A program made the position numbers and the translations under genes. The notes under the pieces were generated by a model. That model was not told the origin of the DNA. It searched no databases and saw nothing but the letters and a program-made list of their open reading frames with translations. Shown one piece after another: positions 63,548 through 64,000 of a stretch of 64,000 bases of DNA. The stretch is from assembly GCA_963790025.1 (NCBI GenBank), contig CAWBMP010000003.1, forward strand, positions 96,001-160,000, in the 5' to 3' direction. The stretch is from Nitrospirota bacterium (GTDB taxonomy: Bacteria > Nitrospirota > Thermodesulfovibrionia > Thermodesulfovibrionales > Dissulfurispiraceae). The number at the start of each line of letters is the position of its first letter. The stretch's first letter is position 1.

Positions 63548-64000
63548 TACCTCCCGGTGATAAGCTCGATAAGCTTATCCGCCGGCAGTGTTCCTGAGTG
63601 CACCCTACCATCGGGAAGAATCAATGTCGGAGTGCCTGAAATGCCAAGGGATCCGGCCAACTTAATATTGTCGTCAATTTCCATCGTACTGCACTCGGCC
63701 TTTGTAATCGGCTTCCCTTCAAAATTCTCATCCATCATCTTAAGTGATTTCTTGCATACGATAGACTTTGCCTTCCAATATGCGTCCTTATGAGCTGTCA
63801 GCGGGAACAGTTTAATATAAAAAACAATATCTTTTCTTTCAGCTACAACTTTTTTCATCTCCTGATGGAGTTTAGCGCAAAACGGGCATTCAGGATCGGT
63901 AAAAACGATTACTTTCTTTCGGGCGCTGCGGTCACCTAGCACCAGCGCATTCCGGAGAGGTATCTTCGAAACATCTATTTTCCTGTTGTTCTGTTCTTTA
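63547..64000 (-). CDS. dsbC: DsbC/DsbG-like thiol-disulfide isomerase (5' end outside window)
   Basis: FTDPECPFC active site, cis-Pro GTP; frame stays open to the window edge (KEQNNRKIDVSKIPLRNALVLGD). Confidence 0.88.
   Translation of the reverse strand, partial: KEQNNRKIDVSKIPLRNALVLGDRSARKKVIVFTDPECPFCAKLHQEMKKVVAERKDIVFYIKLFPLTAHKDAYWKAKSIVCKKSLKMMDENFEGKPITKAECSTMEIDDNIKLAGSLGISGTPTLILPDGRVHSGTLPADKLIELITGR

Overview
Bacterial chromosomal window, mostly housekeeping genes. Gene content and order suggest an anaerobic diderm, probably Nitrospirota (Thermodesulfovibrionia-like); this taxonomy is inference only. From left to right it carries yacG-dapB, rubredoxin plus a ferritin-like protein, a CorC/HlyC protein, ilvB-ilvN plus a LeuA/NifV-superfamily synthase (probably Re-citrate synthase), a PyrR-attenuated pyrR-pyrB-pyrC-carA-carB operon, fmdE-like, tatBC, a NusG-II/Gx-transporter pair, and a short uvrA lacking its insertion domain. 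An accessory stretch (about 21.3-32.5 kb) holds an orphan FabD-like protein, a hybrid kinase, TauE, DUF3108, a mazEF-type toxin-antitoxin pair, a doubly frameshifted perR/fur pseudogene before katG, an attC-like hairpin, an FNR-like protein and an unannotated 54-aa MCxxCGC protein. Then come fhs, glnD-tamB-bamA/tamA-surA, proS-ppx-2-oxoacid oxidoreductase beta/gamma-argA, a dif site at 49304-49331 (likely replication terminus), mtaB, miaB, and a sigma54-driven pilY1-fimT-pilV-pilW-pilX-Ig lipoprotein cluster preceded by dsbC, a sensor-less kinase and an NtrC-family regulator. The most striking unexplained pattern is at least eight inverted arrays of short 6-8 nt tandem units at gene junctions. 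The unit sequence mostly differs between loci, and several arrays have been absorbed into coding sequence. No rRNA, tRNA, CRISPR array or intact transposase was seen. All calls were made by eye from the sequence and the ORF track; no searches were run.
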